DNA of 64,000 nt from Dipteris shenzhenensis (taxonomy: Eukaryota). Positions 1-12,973 of the stretch are shown in pieces. Location of the stretch: assembly GCA_047967505.1 (NCBI GenBank), contig CM106538.1; one strand, given 5' to 3'. A model generated the notes under the pieces. It was not told the origin of the DNA. It saw nothing but the letters and a program-made list of their open reading frames with translations, and did no database searches. Made by a program: the position numbers and the translations under genes. The number at the start of each line of letters is the position of its first letter. Positions within the stretch are counted from its first letter, which is position 1.

Positions 1-433
1 TGCCTTGTTGAGCACAGAGGCTGAGTACAAGGGTGCAGCAATGGTTGCATGTGAGGCAGCTTGGTTGCATAAGGTACTTTATGATATGCATCAGTCTATA
101 GATGGGCTAGTTGTCATTTATTATGACAACATGAGCAGTATACACTTAGCAAATAACCCAGTCTATCATGCTCGAACAAAGCACACTGAGGTGCATTATC
201 GCTATGTGTGGGAGAAGGCTCTAGTAGGTTTTATGGATCTAGTTTATGTCATCACAGAGGATCAGGTAGATGACATATTCACAAAGGCATTGGGTGCACA
301 GAAGCTGCGCAAGTTCATAGACCTGCTTAATGTGCAAGAATTGGGATTGAGCTCGAGGGGGAGTGTTGAGATATCAAGCTCCACTCTGATATGCCATGGT
401 GATCATTGTGCATTTATGTCACCAACTTGTTAG
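1..433 (+). pseudogene. Ty1/copia family A copy 1: RNase H end of pol, cut by the window edge
   Basis: ORF LSTEAEYKGA...[20 protein letters not shown] is nearly identical to the pol C-terminus at 17712-18236; PPT GAGGGGGAG at 355-363. Confidence 0.95.
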
Positions 434-704
434 CTGCAGATGCAGTTGGTACACCACCCATGGATGACAACTATCTTTATGTACTCTAGTTAGTGGCTCA
501 GTTAGTATGCCACCTTAGTTAGCTGAGCTTGGTTTGAGACCCACATATAGGGTTCACCTATTCTTTTGTACTTAGAGTTCTTTTGGCTTTCACAACTAAG
601 AAGAGGAAAACTATTTTCAACCTCCACCTTTATGTATATTCCCCCATTGTGTATGTGAGAAAGCTACAAGTGAGACTCCTTCCTTCTCTCCCACTCTCTT
701 CACA
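364..704 (+). repeat. 3' LTR of copia family A copy 1
   Basis: TGTTGAGATATC...CTTCACA directly after the PPT; homologous to the LTRs at 12974, 18197 and 50222. Confidence 0.93.
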
Positions 705-2457
705 GTTGTTACACCACCGGAAAAGCCATTGCCGTGATGGGTAAGGCAGCACTACGACCATGATAACTAGATGCCTATGTCTGTTGAGCAGCATGCAGAT
801 GGACCAAGGCTGTCTCAGAGAATCGAGGAGCAAAAGAGGGCTTCTACTCACATAGTCAATATGAGTCAATATGGCCTTGATGGCTGAGATTATTGCAGTA
901 GTAAAGGAGCCTGCGAGTTTGGAGGAAGCACTTGTAGACTGAGATTGGAAAAACACTATGCAAGTAGAATATGACACCATCATGAAGAATGAAACTTGGG
1001 AGCTGGTAGATCGACCATCTAATAGGAAAGGTTATTGGCACCAAGTGGGTTTGGAAGGTAAAGTACAAGGCCTATGAGACTTTGGAAAAGTACAAAGCCA
1101 GATTTGTTGCACAAGGATTTTTGCAGTTGAAGGGTTTGATTTTCAGGAATCTTTCGCTCCAACTACCAGAATGACCACTATTCGCACAGTGCTATTGGTG
1201 GCTACTCATAAAAAGTGGCTAGTTTATCAAATGGATGTTAAATCAGCATTCTTGAATGGTGACCTCAAGGAGGACGTGTATGTGGCTCAGCCACTTGGGT
1301 TTCAGGCCCCCCATTCTAAGAGCAAGGTATGTAAGCTAAAGAAGGCTGTGTATGGGCTGAAACAAGCCCCAAGAGCATGGTACCAATGGATAGACAAATT
1401 CTTTCATAAATTAAACTTCAAAAGATGTGCCTCAGATGCTAATGCGTACAGGAAAGGTGGAAAATCTGCTATTATTATTTTATATGTGGATGATCTCCTT
1501 ATTACAGGTGACTATGAAGACATGATTTAGCAGACTAGAAAGGCATTGAGCATAGAGTTTGAGATGATAGACTTAGGCTTGATGCACTACTGTTTGGGGA
1601 TTGAATTTTGGCAAGAGACAAGCAAGATCTTCATCTCTTAGCAGAAATATGCAAGGGAGATCTTGAAGGCATTTAGTATGTCCAAGTGCAAGGAGATAGC
1701 TACACCTATGGAGGTAAATGTGAGGCTATCTATGGAGGATGCCTCACCACCAGTAGACATTAGGAGGTATAAGAAGTTGGTTAGAAATCTCGTCTATCTG
1801 TGCAACACCAGATCGGATAGTAGTTTTGCTATTGGTGTTTTGAGCAGGTTCTCCAATAAGCCTCGGGAGAATCATTGGAATGCAGGGATGCGGGTGCTCA
1901 AGTATGTGAAGGGCACTCTTGATTATGGCATTACTTATGGTATGGTCACTTCCTTGGCTGGTCATTGTGACTCATATTGGGGGCTGGAGATGTTGATTCT
2001 AGGAAATTAGTTTTTGGATATTGTTTCTCTTTAGGTTTAGGTATCTTCTCTTGGATCAGTATAAGAAACAACCAACAGTGGCATTGTCTTCTATCGAGGC
2101 TGAATACAAAGCATCATGTTTTGTTGCTTGTGAAACAGTGTGGCTGAGGAGGATGTTATGGAACATGGGAGTGCAAGAGGATGAGGCAACTGTGCTGAGG
2201 TGCGACAATCAAAGTTGCATGGCCATTGATAAAAATCTAGTGTTTCATGCATGCACAAAACATATAGAGATTCAATTTTACTATGTGTGTGATTTGATCG
2301 AGGACGGGATAGTGGAATTGGTTTGCTGTCCAACAAAGAAGAATGGAGCATATATCTTCACCAAGGCACTCGGGAAGGATCAGTTTTAGGGTCATCTTCA
2401 GAGACTTGGCATTGGGCCGAGAAGGTAGTTCACCTACGCATGGACATTGAGGGTGGG
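705..2457 (+). pseudogene. Degenerate Ty1/copia family B RT-RNase H
   Basis: Motifs [45 protein letters not shown] with stops and frameshifts; PPT-like GAGGGTGGG ends at 2457. Confidence 0.92.
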
Positions 2458-2803
2458 TGTTAGATATGATCAATGCCCCACCCTCTTGGTAACCATTAGT
2501 GGTCCAAGGTGCTCAATTTGTGAATACGTTGATCCGACTACTATCGTCATAGCTATAAAGGGGCCTCAAAGAGGCGACCTCCCGAGTCCATTGTATCAAA
2601 TCGATTCAGCTTAGATCAGATCAGATCTTCTAGCTAGTAGCTCTTCACCTAGTATGTATCTAGATTGTCATCGAAGCTCCACTATGGGAGTGCACGGGTG
2701 GACAAAGCCATCATTTGTACTACATCAGTATTAAAGGAAAATTTTTTTCATCTCCATTTTTCTATGTACTCTCTATTCTTTGTTTAGTTTTTGTTCCACT
2801 ACA
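2458..2803 (+). repeat. 3' LTR of copia family B (right end approximate)
   Basis: Starts TGTTAGA after the PPT; shares ATCGAAGCTC...GCACGGGTGGACA with the solo LTR at 54619-55227. Confidence 0.7.
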
Positions 2804-3019
2804 CCATGTAATTTAAGACTTCTTTCATTGATCGACAGTTGGTATAGAGTAGACTAGATTGGCATAGAGGGGATGCTTTGAATTTCCCCAAGTTGCCAAT
2901 CTAAGCCATGCCCAAAATTCCCAACTAGTACCTACTCGGAGTGAGTCCATACGCTCACATACGGTTTCACATCATCACATTACCTAAAATGTGATGTTCA
3001 TCAATTCAATGAATAGCAT

Positions 3020-3190
3020 CAAAAAACTAAAATAAGACTTATCTGCAGAGTTCGACATGAAAGATCTTGGACTTATGCACTATTGTCTTGGAATTGAGTT
3101 CTGGAGAGATTTAGATAGCACATTCATGAGTCAGCTCAAATATGTTGACAGTCTCCTGAAGAAGTTCATATGGCAGATTGCAAGATTGCA
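3020..3190 (+). pseudogene. Short displaced copia RT fragment (family C)
   Basis: EFDMKDLGLMHYCLGIEFW; strong nucleotide match to 40840-41000. Confidence 0.8.
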
Positions 3191-3329
3191 GTTCTTTACT
3201 GACAATTCAAATTCCACTTGGCACAGTTAGTGTATTTGCAGTTGATTCATATAGAGATTTCATGACACTTTTGAGTACCTTTCTTGCACCATATCTACGA
3301 CTAGCAACCTCAATCTGGAGGCATCTGCT

Positions 3330-4410
3330 AAGCTAGACAACTCCAACTACGGTACATGGAAATATCGAATGAGACCATTCTTGTACTTCAGGACAAATGG
3401 GAGTATGTCGATGGGTCTACACCTAGACCATTGGATGATCCGGCCACCAGTAGCTCTACTCCACTTGTTTTCACAGCACCAGCAACGAGATCTATAGCTA
3501 GACAAATAGTTTTCACACCTGTAGCAAATCTTGCCATTGCCTGGGCTCAGGCAGAATGGGATAAGAAAGACAAGTTTGCCTATCACCTGATCAATCAGAA
3601 TGTGCAAGATGTCATGCTAGGACATCTCAACATAGTCAAGACATCGAAAGAAGCATGGGATATGTTTGCAACTCTCTACAAGTCCAAGATTCTCACACTC
3701 CAAACCAAATCAACCAGAGTTTTTGCAACAGCAGCGAAACCAGTCATGCTTATGTACTCCAGATAAAAGACTACAACAATCAACTCCGAGCAGTAGGAGA
3801 GACTATGAAGCCCATAAAAATGGTTCAAGTAATCTTGAATAGGGATATGAGTATCTACTCCAGAGTATTGCCATCCAATGGCAAATTCTGACACTGGAAG
3901 AACTTCGGTCAGTCCTACTTGGTGAAGAACTCAGGACGCAAGCCATACAAGCATGAAAATGTCATTCTAATGATCAGGCTTTCACAGCTTGAGATAGAAG
4001 CAGAGGCAGAGGCAGAGGCAGAGGCAGAGGCAGAGGTAGATCTTACCAAAAAAGTGGTCATCATCAGCAACAGAGTCAAAGTCAGAATCAACATTAGCAT
4101 CATCCTCAGCAACATCAAAATCAGCAAAGAGGAAATCATTCCAACCAAGGAAGATTCCAAGGATGAGGGAATGCATCCACCAATGTGTCAAACATCCAAA
4201 ATAGCCACTATCACAAGTTTGGACACTATGAAAGAGATTGCCACAAAAAGTAGTACAACCAAGGCAGTCGATCCAACAGTAAAATCGAGGGAATTGTCAA
4301 GGCAGAGGAAATCATTGTGGTGGACATTCTAATCACAGTCATTTTGCAAATGAACATGGGAATATGTTTTTTCAAGCAAGGAAATGCAACAAACTGATAC
4401 AATGTACCTA
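3330..4410 (+). pseudogene. Degenerate copia gag, truncated near the start of the protease
   Basis: KLDNSNYGTWK..., DKWEYVDGSTPRP, KTSKEAWDMFATLY, RG repeat (AGAGGC)n and a degraded zinc knuckle; several frameshifts. Confidence 0.8.
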
Positions 4411-4460
4411 GGCACTAATTACAATCCCAAAGAGGATTTCAGCTATATTAAATTCTGAAA

Positions 4461-5340
4461 CTAAAATTAGGATTCCTTATGGTGGACCACACACATGACC
4501 ATATTGATCAGATGTTTAGCCAGTTCTCAGTAAAGCTGATAAGGAAAGAAGCATGGGATGGGGATGCAATGACATGCATTTTATAGAATGCATATGTGCC
4601 AAAACTGATAATTGCAAACATGGAAAAAACAATAGATTTTAGATGCTTTGTGTTTGGTGACAATGAGCGAATTGATAGATGTATTGAGAAGCTCAACAAG
4701 TTAAGCTTTCAACACCAATTTTGAATGAAGAAAGATCAAGAAGTCACGATGTTGTTGTGAGGGAAGTTCTATTCCACATCACTGACTTGGGTTCCAATCA
4801 AAGGATTGAAGTTCTTGAAGTGTTTTCCACAACATGAGTTGTATATGGCACCCTTACAACCTTTACAATCAGTGAGGGAGGTGCAACGAGCCATGAAGGA
4901 GGGGAGAGATGTAAACCCTATAAGTTTAGTCAATGAGATTAGAGAAATAATCTAGCATGCTGCAACGTATTTTGAAGATGTGGTGTGGACATGGTGGAAT
5001 CCATTCTTTACATCCCAAATACTTATCAATCACCAACTAAATGACCCCCAAGATGTGTCAGATTTTAGTTGGCCACCACAATGCATTGAACAAGATTTTG
5101 TAGATGCATGTATGAATGCTTCTTCAAGTGTGCATTTACATGCACCTTCAAAGAAGAACTATCTTGGGGAGGAGAGAGAAATGTACCTTGGAGCAAGAAA
5201 GTCCAAAAAAGCCAGGGAAAGGGTTCAAGAAATGTGGAGTGGTAGCATCGAGGACATGGTAGTGGGTATGATGGTTGCTGTGTTAGCAACATATGATCCT
5301 ACTGGATTTCCTTTTTGGATTGCTAAAGTTGTGAAAGAGT
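4461..5340 (+). pseudogene. C-terminal fragment of a DUF7869/Sola-like DNA transposase
   Basis: Manual translation KLGFLMVDHTHDHIDQMFSQFSVKL...SFQHQF...W.P..G, then VGMMVAVLA...FPFWIAKV; resembles the FLxVGHTHxDIDQxFS motif. Confidence 0.6.
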
Positions 5341-6833
5341 TAAGCCTTATCCTGCCATGTGGCTTTTTGTGGGAACCTTAGCAAAGAAATGGAAGACGAT
5401 GGCGTGCGATGACGAAGATGCTGCAGAGCTAGTTAGCCGAGGCGGGGAGCTACCGTGAATCGCTGGCTGCAACTCTTGGTTGTCGATGGCCAAGAGCATT
5501 TCATTGTTGGGGAGCAGGTCGATGAAGCTTGGGCTTCACTGTTCGAGCTGCTACTGATCGGTCGTTGGAGATGGCACAAAGAGCTGCAGGAGCCTCAGGT
5601 TGGCTTTGTTGAGGGAGGCGACTCGCTTGAAGGTGGGGCTGTTCGTTGTTGCAAGTCGTGGGCTCTAGATCAGAAGGCGTCAAAGTCTTCTGATGGCTAG
5701 AAGCTGCAAACAAAGTTTCTCATTGAAGGTTGCTGGATGAAAGAGCTTAGCCATTGATGGCTGTGAGCTTGTGAGCACTTGAGCAGTCGAGAGCTTATAG
5801 TGGAGTCCATTCGTTGTGAATGGTTGCTGCCTTCAAATTTGCATGCAAGGCTTGAGTTGCCTTGTAGATGTAGTCGAGTCTCATAGAGCAATGGGCCTTT
5901 GCTTGTGATTGACTAGGAGATGGCTGAACCTTTCCTTGCTTGAACAATGGAGACTCCTCTTTCGCACACGGAAGAAAAGAAAAGGGACCTTTCACTCTCT
6001 TTTTCTTTGAACTCTCTCAAAGAACCTCGGGGGGGTCACTATGTATAAACCCTCTATACCACGTGCGTTCAAGGCATATTTCTAAAATCCCTTATCTGTG
6101 TAAATTTTTCATTAATAAAATGTACCCCTTTTCTATACAAATCTGTAAATTTTTTCCAAAACTATTTTAAATAGTCCCTTATGTATATTTATTTCTGTAA
6201 ATTTTAGAAATAAAAAATATCCTTTTGTTGAACTCACGTGATAGGGTTACATATGATGAGTGACCCCCCCGAGCAAAGAACTCTCAACTCCTCACAAAGA
6301 ACGGAATAAATGGAATGAATAACTCTCAAAGGAGATGACGTAAATCTTTCACAAGAAGAAGATCTCTCTCACAAATCAAGAAACACTCTAAAGAACTCTC
6401 TAGATTTAAAACTAATCTTACATTCTGAAACTAATCTAGGAATGGGAGCAATCCTAGTAAACTACTAATGAGCTAAACTAGAAGAGTTAAACCTATGCTC
6501 TGATACCATGACAAAACATGTGTGCCTCAAGATCTATGGAGTGCTCTAAGGTGGATGGAACATATGTGGAAACATGATGAAGAGAGTGCTCATGACATGT
6601 ATCTCAAGTCAATTAGGTTCTAAGATAGATTAGCTTGGACTTATAAAGAGAATCTTGAGATAGTGCAAAGTGCTTGAGTGATATTACTTCAAATGAACCT
6701 CCCTTTTATAGGTGAGGGTACTTACATCCATTTGCTTGCTCACATGTGGGATATCTCCTCCATTCCATGTGGCAGCTTTCCCTTTACTCATACCTTTGCT
6801 CTACAAGTGCTCATGACACCATAACTCTCAACA
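5340..6833 (-). mobile_element. 5' part of a minus-strand LTR element: LTR 6509-6833, PBS 6497-6508, then non-coding leader
   Basis: GCTCTGATACCA (reverse complement of the tRNA-iMet PBS) abuts a TG...CA bounded segment; left boundary approximate. Confidence 0.75.
6026..6273. mobile_element. 248-bp MITE with perfect 15-bp TIRs and an 8-bp TSD
   Basis: CTCGGGGGGGTCACT / AGTGACCCCCCCGAG; CAAAGAAC at 6018-6025 and 6274-6281; AT-rich interior. Confidence 0.92.
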
Positions 6834-7084
6834 CTTATTGTATTGGTTTTAAAAAATTAATGTATTTTTTGGAATTTTGGTATTTTAAGTGAAGGTGTTT
6901 ATGCCCGTTTTCCAAAAAAACTATCTCGACAATTTCAAAAAGCATGGTTTTTATGTATTTTTTCAAAAACCGCCATGCAAAAAGGCCATCTTTTTCAAAT
7001 AAACGTAAAATTCACATGAAAAAGAGGGAAGCTTTCAAAGATTCCCCTAGAGTTCTCTTTTTGAGGCTACAGTTCTTGAATTAG

Positions 7085-7260
7085 ATGTTACATTGTTACA
7101 AGGCAAAGAAGAATGAGAAAAAAGAGATGATGGCTTGGATGTGGAGGCCTATAAGAAACTTGCCAGACAAATATGCAAGTATTGCTGCTATAGAGAAATC
7201 AATGTCCAAAGAATGGTTTTTTGGAAAAAGGGATAAATATCATTGCATGGAAGATTGCAT
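7085..7260 (+). pseudogene. 5' piece of an unknown gene that appears to continue at 25310 after the CACTA insertion
   Basis: The frame ...KRDKYHCMEDC joins plausibly to IEYLLVEKNIP... at 25310. Confidence 0.45.
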
Positions 7261-7350
7261 CATCCAGCAGGTCAAGCGTGATGTTTACGTATCGATGTTT
7301 AGCATCCGCTTAGCATTAATCGTGGGTATGAAAAGCGAGTTTCCTAAATC

Positions 7351-7468
7351 GTCGCTATATAGCAACTCTTGCTAAACATCGCTATATAGTGACGTTTATA
7401 AAGGTCGCTATATAGCGACTTTTAAGTGTCACTATATAGCGACACTGATATACAATTTTATAGCGACG
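7351..7468. repeat. CACTA subterminal repeat array, left
   Basis: Several GTCGCTATATAG(CGAC) near-palindromic motifs. Confidence 0.85.
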
Positions 7469-8072
7469 TTTTTCCAGAGAGGTTTTTTTTTTAAAATAGG
7501 CCTTAAAAGTTAGTTTTTTCAAATGGAATTTTTTTTTAAATTTACATACATGTTTGAGCTCATACAGAATAAAAAAATGAGAGCATGTACATCAAGCCTT
7601 TGAAGCTCATATATTCATGTCCAAGTTTGAGATGAGAAATATCAAATAGGAGCATTTACATCAACATTTTCATCTTGAGCAAAGTCTAAGGCACCAAACA
7701 AGTCTATCTCCAACTCTATACCGAGTTGATCTCCTATATCATCATCGTACTCTAGCATCGTACGTTCACCTAAAAGTATTTGATCATCTTCTTCAATAAA
7801 GTGTGGTGATTCTTGATGATGGTTGTCTTCTTCCCCAATATCATGATCTCCATCCTCCTCCCGTGCGATGTCATTATGCACATCTTCCTCTTGGCTCATA
7901 TGGTGATCTACATCTTCTTCACTAGATTCATCAATTGGATCCAACATTGGTAGTGGCATCTCCATATCCACATCTCGATCTTCAAAAATTTGCTTACTTC
8001 GTGGTGCAACTTGGATCACGTACCACCATCTTGGTCAGAATGATCCGGATGAAAAACCACCTATATTGAAGA

Positions 8073-10693
8073 TGTTGGGATATCTCAAGGTGTATGCCTC
8101 AAGCACACCTTATGTTTCTATGTGTGAGTGCTAGAGGCACAGTTAGGTGCCCACAAGCACAGTTAGGTGGTGGAAAAGCCACATAGGATGATTGAGTGAA
8201 TCTAGGAGCAGATTGAGGAGATGATTGTGGAGCTTTGAGGTCATCAGTGATGTCAGTGACCTTGTATGAGGTGCCTACTTAAGGACCTCTTTCTTATTCA
8301 TTCTATAAGCAAGTATTCTGATTTTGTGTCCACTCTACTCTTTCCTAAGTTCAGTGTTCCAACATGGTATCAGAGCCATTTGATCCCCCTTGAGCCCATT
8401 TTTGCCACATCATCATCATCTTCTTCTTCTTCTTCTTCACCATCTCTCCCTCTTCTTCCAAAAACTTGCTTAAGCTTGTTCTCCTCCAATTCTCACTCAT
8501 TTCCCACGCCCTTCCAGTTGAAGATCCACCTAGTTGGGGCGAACTCCTGGCTACAAGGAATCGACGAATCATTGCGTCTGGTCGTCGCCATTACAGGAAG
8601 ATCGTCGAAGTTCTCTACTGCAAGTTCTCTGCGCCTGCTCTGTCTTTGTCTAATTCCTAGAGCTACCTTGTGCTGAAATCTGAGCAAAAATGGCTGCATA
8701 TTGAAGGAGAAAACAGAGAAAAACCAGTCGACTTTGTTCAAGAAGGTGAAGGCGACCTGACGCATATTTTCGCCTCTTCTTCCCAGAGGATCTACTGTGG
8801 TATACCAGCTTTCTTTTGCCTCAGAAATCCCCCTTTCTTTTGCTTTGAAGAGTGTGATATGAGCCCTCCAAGTTCAGCTCTCTAGTTTTGACAGTTTTGA
8901 CATACTTTTGAAAATGATGCTACATAAAATGCTACTCTAGCATTTCTGGTCTTTTGAAGTTTTCAATAACTTCACTACAAGTGTTTCTTCAGTTTTGTTT
9001 TGACTTGCTAGACCTGGTTGTGATTGGAAAGTGTTTATTTCATCCACTTCTATGAAGCATGCAAAAAGTAGCATCAGTGTTTGAAAACTAGTCACTACTA
9101 TTTGCTACATCAAGTGCCTATACTTTGGAAGTATTTCAGTTCTTTTTGCCTTGTAAGAGAGATAGACACTGCCCAATATCTGGGTTAGACCCTCTCATGG
9201 CTACCTTATATAATCTTGAGAAGTTCAATGGAAAGGGCTTCCATACATGGCAAATGAAGGTAAAATTTGCATTGATGCGGGAGAACTTATGGGGACTTGT
9301 CAAACCTACTCCTACCGCTTCTTCTACGGCCTCAAATGCTGGAGAATCTTTAGCTCCGACACGATCGGCAAGGGATCCAGCAAGAGAAGAAAAAGCATAT
9401 GGTATAATTGCTTTAGCTTTGGGTGATGATTACATACATCATATATCTGACTTGGAGTCTCCATCGGAAGCTTGGCAGAAGCTAGATTTGATTTTTGGTG
9501 CAAGCTCTCACATATCTAAACTATCACTTAAAATCTCTTTCTTTGAATTAAAGATGGCAAGTGATACTACTTTAGCTGCTCATGTCAACTATATGCGGAG
9601 TCTTATGACTCAGTTAGCTTCTATCAACTCTCCTATCACCCTTGATGATGCTATGGCAGTGCTACTTAAGAGTATGCCTGAAAGTTTTGATCACATTGTT
9701 AGCACTTTGAAGAATCTTCCCAATCCAAACCTTGAAGGCATTATCTCAGCTCTCCAAGAAGAAGAAAGACATATGGAGTTAAGGAAAGGCAATGACACTG
9801 CTTATGTTATGAAATTCCAGAAGGGCAAGTATTCTCCTTGCAATCACTGTGGAAAGACAAATCATCTTTCAAAGGACTGCTTCAAAGTTAATCCATGCAA
9901 GCACTGTGGCAAAAACAACCATAGTGAGAAGTTTTGCAGAGACAAAGCAAAGACAGAAAATGCAAATCTACTTACAGTGAATTTGCCTCCACAAGATGAG
10001 GCATCCCATGAAGATTATGCATTTTAAATCATCTCTATGTATGCTCCAGATCTCTCTTTTTATGTCAAGGTACTCAGCCTGGATAGTCCTCCAAAATGAA
10101 TGAAAATAAATTATTGTGTGTTGTGTGTTTTGTAAACACCTCTGGTCACCTTATGATGTAGACCATGTGTATGTTTTTGTTCCATGGTACCTCCTACAGA
10201 CATTGTGTGCATGTACATGTAGGGGAGATAACCATTGGAAGGTCTGTTTATATCCCTTTCTGTTTACCTTACACCCAAGGAAACCCTTGCTAGCATGAGA
10301 ACCTAGCCATAGATTTATCCTTGACCACCATGAGATGGCATGAGAAACTATGAGACTAGATGTATCCTTGACATAGCCTGAGGCATTTCCTTGAGGGGGG
10401 GGTTTGTTGGGATATCTCAAGGTGTATGCCTCAGGCACACCTTATGTTTCTATGTGTGAGTGCTAGAGGCACAGTTAGGTGCCCACAAGCACAGTTAGGT
10501 GGTGGAAAAGCCACATAGGATGATTGAGTGAATCTAGGAGCAGATTGAGGAGATGATTGTGGAGCTTTGAGGTCATCAGTGATGTCAGTGACCTTGTATG
10601 AGGTGCCTACTTAAGGACCTCTTTCTTCTTCATTCTATAAGCAAGTATTCTGATTTTGTGTCCACTCTACTCTTTCCTTTCAGTGTTCCAACA
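8073..10693 (+). mobile_element. Gag-only non-autonomous LTR retrotransposon (TR-GAG type), 2.6 kb
   Basis: LTRs 8073-8364 and 10405-10693 differ by 2 substitutions and a 3-bp indel by eye; PBS TGGTATCAGAGC 8365-8376; PPT 10393-10402; TSD GAAGA on both sides; no pol. Confidence 0.95.
9197..10027 (+). CDS. gag: Intact copia-type Gag (276 aa) with two CCHC zinc knuckles
   Basis: MATLYNLEKFNGKGFHTWQMKVK..., LLKSMPESFD, CNHCGKTNHLSKDC and CKHCGKNNHSEKFC; open from ATG 9197 to TAA. Confidence 0.92.
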   Translation: MATLYNLEKFNGKGFHTWQMKVKFALMRENLWGLVKPTPTASSTASNAGESLAPTRSARDPAREEKAYGIIALALGDDYIHHISDLESPSEAWQKLDLIFGASSHISKLSLKISFFELKMASDTTLAAHVNYMRSLMTQLASINSPITLDDAMAVLLKSMPESFDHIVSTLKNLPNPNLEGIISALQEEERHMELRKGNDTAYVMKFQKGKYSPCNHCGKTNHLSKDCFKVNPCKHCGKNNHSEKFCRDKAKTENANLLTVNLPPQDEASHEDYAF

Positions 10694-12973
10694 GAAGATG
10701 GGTGCCAAATGTCGTCAATTATATATATGAAATTATGCTCAAGTACATGTATCAATGGACTTTAAAAATGAAAGCTTCGACTAATTAAATCATTAGTATG
10801 CACCTACTCATAGTGCTTGGGAAGAACAAAAGTATCACTTTCATCGGTCCAATGTTTGGTGGAGTCTATTGCAAAGAGACCGCTACTATCTTTTCTCACT
10901 GTTGCATGGGGACCATTGTAAGTAGTTCTAAACCATTTTACATCAAGAATGAAAATAGTAAATTGTCTGAAATCAATTTCATAGATGTCGCATATGATTC
11001 CACAATAATCCAACTGTGAGGAGAGAAGATTGGTATCCGAAGCACTTGCTCAGCTATCTTGTGTGAAGTTAGCCATGACTCCATAATCATACATGACTCT
11101 CTTTGAATCGATGCGTTCCACGTGAAAATGTCGTCCATATGACCATAATGCACTGCACTTTTTGTACTGTAAAAGAGCATCATTAGAACAATGAAGATGC
11201 ATCTATTTTATAGCATATATTGCCACAAATAATTACTTAATTATGTCAAGAGGTAAGAAAATTACATGCACCATACATCCAGATGATAACTCTCGCTCGC
11301 GCTTGTTTATTTTCTCTCCATCACGTTCGGCTTTACGTAGAGCCAGTTGTAGCCAATCAAGTGACATGTGAGTAGGGAGAAGAGCCAGATCCCGTGGATA
11401 TGGTTGTGATCGCCTATACATTACTCTGAATCTCGTCCTTGCATTTATTCTTTCTACTTTGGCCACTTCATATTTCTTAATCCACTTCTGCATCTCAGGG
11501 CTATTGAGGATACAAAACTTATTGAATTTCTCCATTTGCTCTTCGCTCATCTTTCTTTCAATCCCTTTTTTTTGGGGAACCTCGCCAACGATGCAATCAT
11601 CATCCTTGTTGTGCCAAGCTTGCGGCATATTGGGATCCGTGGATGCACGAAACTCTGTGATATATACTAATGACTCTTGCACAAGCCATCCCTCTGCCAT
11701 GCTTGCTTCCGGTCTTGCTCTTTGTCTTACAAATCCCTTTAAAGTTTTCATAAACTGCTCGAGAAAAAACATCCATCGACTATGAACGGTACCTGCTATA
11801 GCCACCTCATCAACTATGTGCACAAGCAAGTGGACTTGAGTTGTCATAATGCTCGAGGGAAAGTGCTTCTCAAGCAAGCATACAGCTTCAATGGATTCCA
11901 CCCTAGCCTTCTCAATGCTCGATATAGAGATCTCTTTTTGAGATATCCACCTATTTCACATGTCCATGCATATGTAAGATATTTGAGATATCCACCTATT
12001 TCACATGTCCATGAAGAAAATACATAATGTGATTTGATAGTAAGCATATCTTGACACAATACCACAGATCTTGAATATAGCACTGTTCTAACATCTTCTT
12101 GTAAGCACCCTTTTATTGTAATTGGGAGGATGAACTATCAAAGCAACAATGAAGTCATGTCAACAATATAACATAATAATAATTATACTAACGCATCACG
12201 ATTATCAGTACACTAATTCTAATTAGAATACCTGTAAGACCTTGTGCCAATCATGGGACTTGAGCCCACTAAGCTTATTGTCCTTTGAAAATGCTCCTTT
12301 CAAGCAACGCATGTACCCTGTCGGTGTTTGAAAAGAGGCAATGTCTGCCTTGACCACTGCCTCCTCCCTCGTAGAGAGGATTCACGTTGCCTTCGGGAGG
12401 ACAAATTTTCTGGAAGCATGCACTTGGGGCCACAAACGAGAAGTCCTATTCATAGCATGCAAGTCTTCTTGCACTCCTCTCGAGTCCTTGGAACCAACCA
12501 AGTGTGCCCAAATAGTAGCCCCCACATTCTTGAAGATATGCATGGGATCCAAGAGATGATTGATTTGTAACTGACCCCAATAAGGAAGCTCGTGAAAGAT
12601 CGATAGCCTCTTCATACCAAGAGGAGGTTCCTCTCCATTTGCCCTCCAAGCTTGAATCCAGTCACTTGCCTTCAAATATGATGGTGGTGGATCAAGCTGA
12701 CCTCCACGTGCGAGATGGTCGAGCGGAAGGTATCGAGCATGACCTTCATAAACATTTTTCCTCATATGTTTGGAGTAGTGCGCAAGTGATTTCAGAGCCG
12801 GTCCACAAATAGGACAAGCATGGTACCCTTTTGTAACAAGTCTTGCATGCGTGCATGAATGTGTTAGTACAAGACATGTGTGCAAAAGAGAGTCAAAAAA
12901 GCATAATCCCTCATTATACATGTAAAGACACAACCACGTACCTGTGCACTCTCCTCATCCTGGGTAGTCATGC

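Noticed and set aside
3998-4036. (AGAGGC)n giving poly-EA or poly-SA ORFs
   Set aside because: It is the Arg-Gly repeat of copia gag read in other frames
6026-6052. Similarity between the MITE terminus (GGGTCACTATGTATAAAC) and the 39118 terminus (GGGTCTATGAATAAC)
   Set aside because: Short gapped match that could be chance; needs multi-copy evidence
8973-8981. CACTACAAG as the left CACTA TIR
   Set aside because: It lies inside the gag-only LTR element, the match stops after 9 bp, and no subterminal repeats follow
11937-12013. 45-bp-period tandem duplication in the CACTA transposase, and a 13-bp one at 28723-28748
   Set aside because: Ordinary local slippage or repair duplications in dead elements
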